Source: a virus (taxonomy: Duplodnaviria; Caudoviricetes). Taken from it: a stretch of DNA of 25,352 bases. Location: the IMG/VR virus record IMGVR_UViG_3300031953_000093, positions 1 through 25,352 of that record; one strand, 5' to 3'. The notes below the pieces were generated by a model. That model had not been told where the DNA came from and did not search any database. It saw nothing but the letters and a program-made list of their open reading frames with translations. Shown here one piece after another: positions 21,156-25,352 of this stretch (its first letter is position 1; each line of letters begins with the position of its first letter). The translations under genes and the position numbers were made by a program.

Positions 21156-22376
21156 GAGGATCAAACCCAACTTGCGGGCCAGCTCATTCACCGACGCAGG
21201 CTGATTCACCAGATCATTCAACTGACGAGACATAATCTGGTCAGCCAACTCACGATCCGCAGAAGTCAACGGTTGACGCTTCAGCCACGGATTGCGACCA
21301 GAACGAACCGTCTGCATCATCAAATCCGCATCATAAAGACGACGCTCAGCAGCAGTCATCGTGTAACGGTTCAACGGATCACGAACACCAGTAAGCCGAG
21401 CCTCAGTTACCGCAGCAGAAGCACCCTTCCGAGTACCACCACGACCAAGAGCACCAAAGCCCTCACGCATACCAATCAGGTTCCCGCCACCAACTTGAGC
21501 ACCAGTGATGTAACCCTCGTCACGCATCCACGCAATAGCGCGAGGACGTGTACCCGCCTGGGAATAGATGTCGTCAATGGTGAACCGTGACGGTGTGCCA
21601 TAACGTGCGTTCGACTTCGCCGTACCCAAACCTCGAGTACGAATATTCGTCACACGGTAAATGTCGCCACCATCACGAACAGCACGAGCATCATTGAAGC
21701 CCCACAACTTGTTCTGTTCCTCTTTAGATAGAGAATTGAAGTAGGCGTAAGGGTCGGTGGACATATCGCCCGCAAGACTTTCCGCAGCAGGAATATGGCG
21801 GCAATCGCACCGAGGGTGACGCTGAAAACCCGTATTCCACCGGTACCACTTACCCGCCAGGATCACGCAACGCACACACGAGGGAGTGTTGAGCATCCGC
21901 ACATAACCCGCCACAGACGGACGCGCAGACATCCCCGCCGCGGCAGCATTGCGCCCAGCATCAGCAATCTCTGACAGTGCCACCATCGACAGGTACGAAC
22001 CGCCAGCCTTCAACGCATTCGCAACCGTGTCACCCTCCTTGATGCGGTGCTTAGTCCGCAACACAGAGTTATAAGTGACTTCTTCCAAGGCCAACCCATT
22101 CGCGGCCCGACCAGCAAACGCAGCCGGCACAACATCACCAACAGGCAAATCAACCTGCCGAGTCTCAGCCAACACACGCGACACATAACGAGAACCCTCA
22201 GTAGCAGCCGCAAGCTGAGCCGCAGTCAACACACCAACAATCGGTGCCTGCAACCCAGCCCACGACGCATCAAAATCGGGCCCCATGCGCGACCACAGCG
22301 ACGCAATAGCCTTAGACGCTGCAACCGCTACACGCTGTTCAGTCTTATAGTGCGCTTCCGCTGCTTTCGGGATCAT
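21153..22376 (-). CDS. MuF-like minor capsid / head maturation protein
   Basis: GYVRMLNTPSCVRCVILAG...FQRHPRCDCRHIP; between portal and scaffold. Confidence 0.8.
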   Translation of the reverse strand: MIPKAAEAHYKTEQRVAVAASKAIASLWSRMGPDFDASWAGLQAPIVGVLTAAQLAAATEGSRYVSRVLAETRQVDLPVGDVVPAAFAGRAANGLALEEVTYNSVLRTKHRIKEGDTVANALKAGGSYLSMVALSEIADAGRNAAAAGMSARPSVAGYVRMLNTPSCVRCVILAGKWYRWNTGFQRHPRCDCRHIPAAESLAGDMSTDPYAYFNSLSKEEQNKLWGFNDARAVRDGGDIYRVTNIRTRGLGTAKSNARYGTPSRFTIDDIYSQAGTRPRAIAWMRDEGYITGAQVGGGNLIGMREGFGALGRGGTRKGASAAVTEARLTGVRDPLNRYTMTAAERRLYDADLMMQTVRSGRNPWLKRQPLTSADRELADQIMSRQLNDLVNQPASVNELARKLGLIL

Positions 22377-23811
22377 TATTTACCTCCGCGAATGCGCGCC
22401 CAGCCTGAACGATCGGATCTAGCTCTTGTTCCTTCTTCGACATCGCCAGGATGCGCGGAATGTCCAAAGTGGACTCACCGCGCAGCTCCATCAGAAATTC
22501 GAGGGGGTAGCCGATCGACTTGAGTTTCACCATCATGTCTGCGAGCTGTGCCTCGGAACGGATCTCGGGATTCATCCACGTGACCGTCCCGTAAGAGACC
22601 AACCCCGCCAACTTGTCATCACCAGACGCCAACGCAATAAGGCGGTTGACTTCACGCATGGCAGAACTAGCGAAAGTCTCAAACTCGAGCACCTTCTTGT
22701 TCAAACCAATCTCAGAAGCCTTCAGCCCTTCGCCGTTCACGTTCGACATACCCGTTTTGGAAACAAGGTAAGTAGGCGGTGTGCGAGTCTGCGAGGCGAT
22801 ATGCCCCACAGCAACATCAATAACATCCGTGAAAACATCCAGCTTCGCGGCCTCCCACGAACCGATGCTTGGCTTTTCCCCATCAACATAAAAGAGTCTT
22901 CGCTCGGAGAGTTCCTTCATATCGACAGCTTTGGTGCCGGTTTGCTTTCCGTCTTTGTCGAGGACTGGGACTTGAGGCGGAGCCGCGCCCATAACAACGC
23001 GCGCGGGCATCGACGCATAATCAGCCGCCAACATCAGATAAGCCCACATCAGGTTCACGAAATCCTGCATCGGAATAACGCCGGCGATCTCCGAAACCGG
23101 ATCACCCTTCAGCGTTGGCCGGTTCGGGAACTCCACCACCGGCACAACACCCATCGGGTTTACCAGCGGCCATGGTTCGCCCGAAACCTCGCGAGTGACC
23201 CAGCCACCGTCCGCATAGAACGCAGACTTGCCCTGTTCGGCCTGAGAGTCACGCTCGTTCACATCCGAGTTGCGCGAACGCTTGTACTTGAACACCCAAT
23301 CAGCAGTGAAGAGGGTCGCGTATTCGTTTTCCTCGTCAACCCACGTCTTTAGGGCAGCCTTACGAATGCGAGGGTTCTCGAAGTCGTACTCGATCTCCAC
23401 ATTCGACGGGTGCTCCCACGTCAGCAAGGGCTCATCCGTAGACGTGTCGCCCCAGACGATCGCAAACGACCGCTTAGAGGTAAGCGAGGTCTGAAACCCC
23501 TGAGCTGACTGAGCTTCACCATCGTTACGCACCCAATGCTGATGAAGAGACTTAGAAGCCGCGGAAGAATCCTCACCCAAGTTCATACCCGTATAACGGA
23601 TACGCTCAGCCTCAGCATTCACCACAGGAGCAGCCCAGTTATCAGCAAAACCCGCATAACGCTGCGAATTCGCCTTCCGCCACTCAGCAGTAGCGAATGA
23701 CAGCGGCTGCATACCAGCTACATAGTTCTCAAGAGTCTCAATCTCAGGACGGCGTGCATTCAAACGGGTATAGATCCGCTGCACCAACCGCAACGCTTCA
23801 GCGTTATCCAT
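22345..23811 (-). CDS. Portal protein (SPP1 gp6-like)
   Basis: NWAAPVVNAEAERI, NPMGVVPVVEFPN, SEIAGVIPMQD; follows terminase. Confidence 0.93.
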   Translation of the reverse strand: MDNAEALRLVQRIYTRLNARRPEIETLENYVAGMQPLSFATAEWRKANSQRYAGFADNWAAPVVNAEAERIRYTGMNLGEDSSAASKSLHQHWVRNDGEAQSAQGFQTSLTSKRSFAIVWGDTSTDEPLLTWEHPSNVEIEYDFENPRIRKAALKTWVDEENEYATLFTADWVFKYKRSRNSDVNERDSQAEQGKSAFYADGGWVTREVSGEPWPLVNPMGVVPVVEFPNRPTLKGDPVSEIAGVIPMQDFVNLMWAYLMLAADYASMPARVVMGAAPPQVPVLDKDGKQTGTKAVDMKELSERRLFYVDGEKPSIGSWEAAKLDVFTDVIDVAVGHIASQTRTPPTYLVSKTGMSNVNGEGLKASEIGLNKKVLEFETFASSAMREVNRLIALASGDDKLAGLVSYGTVTWMNPEIRSEAQLADMMVKLKSIGYPLEFLMELRGESTLDIPRILAMSKKEQELDPIVQAGRAFAEVNNDPESSGSAL

Positions 23812-23835
23812 ACTCAGCCTCCCAAATCAGGGCAC

Positions 23836-23863
23836 AAAAAAAGAGCCCCCAATCTGGAAGCCC
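23836..23863 (-). terminator. Intrinsic terminator-like element between terminase and portal
   Basis: GGGCTTCC-AGATT-GGGGGCTC then TTTTTTT. Confidence 0.65.
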
Positions 23864-25352
23864 TACATATAAATCAACATCTCAGACGGAGCAGCAAAGT
23901 CACCATCAGCCAAAGCATCCATCGCCGCCTCATGTGCAAGGTCAGACGACATCGCCTGGTCAATCTTTTGATGATCAGCACCATGCGGCTTGCCCAACAC
24001 GTAACGGCCACCAGTCTTAGCAACCATCACCGCGTTCGTAATGTGTGACCGAGTAACCTCGTCGCCGTCATGCGTGAACGTAGAAGACGGATTGCGGATC
24101 GCGGAACGGAACTGCTCAAGTGAAGCGTGCATCGGGGTTAGGCGTGCGCAAGACCACTGCACATACTTCTTCGACCCATACTTAGCCGCCCACTCAGCGA
24201 GCTCGTTACGCCACGAATCGTCATCATCCAACGCACCCGAATCAACCGCACCCATAGCCGACCCAGCAGGGTCAACATAGCCACGAACAACCCGGTAATG
24301 CGTCTCAATGAAATCGACCGCGGCACGAACCTCACCACGCGGAATAAACCCACCAAAGTTCGCCGGATCCCACACTGTCGAACGCAACTCCCCACCAACT
24401 TCATACTGTGGAGTGAACTGATACCCATCCTCAGTCTCGAGGCGAATACCCGTCCAGTCGTTATTGTTCGACAAGTCCATACCGAGCACCACGGCGGAAC
24501 CCTTAGGAACCTCACGCGGAGACTTCTTCGCATCCCACTCATCATGCGTAACCCACTTGCCAGCACCAGCCACCAAACGGTTACCAAAGAAACGCTCAGC
24601 ATCAGCCGGATCTTTCTCCATCATCTCCGCAGCTTCACCCTCGATAGTGTCAACAGACACCCAAGGTGCACCCGCATAGTTGAAGAGAAAAATCTTCCGA
24701 CGCTCAGCCTTATTCTTGAAACTCAAATTCGGCAACGGCTGCCGGAAATCGCGCTGCACATCCTTCGCCAACGACTCGAACGTTCGCTGCGCAACAGAAT
24801 CCGCAGCCGGGTCCCAAGCATTCGTGGTCTCGATTGCGCGACCACCCATGCCAGCCAAACCCTGACGTTGCTTCTTTGCCAAGTTGTGACCGCCATTCGA
24901 CCGAAGCCAAAGACCAGTCTCATCCTGAACAACAAACGTCACACGCTGACCAAGACGCGAGTTACCTTTTGAAGTAACAACATCAATGCGGCCATCGTTC
25001 GGCAGCCGAATGAACTCTTCACCCGTCTTCGGGATCAAATCACCCAACGGCCCAAGCTTGATCATCGGACGCAGAACGTCATACGTGTTATCGGTCTGAT
25101 CCTCAGACGTAGCAGTGATCTGGATAAGCGGAGTAGCCCACGGGCGACCCATCGGTTCGCCCTTTTCGTACTCATACACCCAACCGCAGAAACAACCATT
25201 CTCGGCACAGTCATACGTTTCGCCCCCCAAAGCCCAACCAGCAAACAACACCGGCCCAACAGCCTCAGCACACACAAACGCAGAAATCAGCGGAGACTTA
25301 CCCCACTTCTGAGCCCGCACCAACTGAGAACGACGAAACACAAACGCATCAG
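23863..25352 (-). CDS. terL: Terminase large subunit, 5' end outside the window
   Basis: Walker A RAQKWGKS, Walker B VVQDE, nuclease LGMDLS...D and KIDQAM. Confidence 0.93.
   Translation of the reverse strand, partial: DAFVFRRSQLVRAQKWGKSPLISAFVCAEAVGPVLFAGWALGGETYDCAENGCFCGWVYEYEKGEPMGRPWATPLIQITATSEDQTDNTYDVLRPMIKLGPLGDLIPKTGEEFIRLPNDGRIDVVTSKGNSRLGQRVTFVVQDETGLWLRSNGGHNLAKKQRQGLAGMGGRAIETTNAWDPAADSVAQRTFESLAKDVQRDFRQPLPNLSFKNKAERRKIFLFNYAGAPWVSVDTIEGEAAEMMEKDPADAERFFGNRLVAGAGKWVTHDEWDAKKSPREVPKGSAVVLGMDLSNNNDWTGIRLETEDGYQFTPQYEVGGELRSTVWDPANFGGFIPRGEVRAAVDFIETHYRVVRGYVDPAGSAMGAVDSGALDDDDSWRNELAEWAAKYGSKKYVQWSCARLTPMHASLEQFRSAIRNPSSTFTHDGDEVTRSHITNAVMVAKTGGRYVLGKPHGADHQKIDQAMSSDLAHEAAMDALADGDFAAPSEMLIYM

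Noticed and set aside
22426-23352. 308-aa plus-strand ORF and similar long antisense ORFs (12853..13566, 11036..11668, 24298..24972, 6961..7512, 2065..2652)
   Set aside because: They are shadows of well-supported minus-strand genes, with no recognisable motifs

Overview
The window is a 25 kb piece of a temperate siphophage of Actinobacteria. A Microbacteriaceae-like host is inferred from protein style, leaderless promoters and the attP tRNA fragment. It is in the excised/virion configuration, because an intact attP (3' two-thirds of a tRNA-Met(CAT), 6773-6823) sits between the lysis genes and the integration cassette. Almost everything reads on the minus strand. The late arm runs terminase, portal, MuF-like protein, scaffold, capsid, head-tail connectors, major tail, frameshifting tail chaperone, tape measure, minor tails (with an M23 endolysin inserted among them) and holin module. 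After attP come an HNH gene, tyrosine integrase, an ImmA-like gene plus repressor (plus strand), cro, xis, a ~430 nt structured non-coding region, small early genes and a DNA methyltransferase. The most unusual items are: (i) a tRNA-shaped RNA with an expanded anticodon arm and mutually exclusive folds in the early operon; (ii) an HNH nuclease whose C-terminus resembles the adjacent integrase's arm-binding domain, placed between attP and int; (iii) a structured element bracketed by two SOS-box-like sites before the scaffold gene; (iv) an unannotated 26-aa CxxC peptide after the holin; (v) two antisense leaderless membrane-protein morons. All assignments are by eye; no database searches or folding programs were run.
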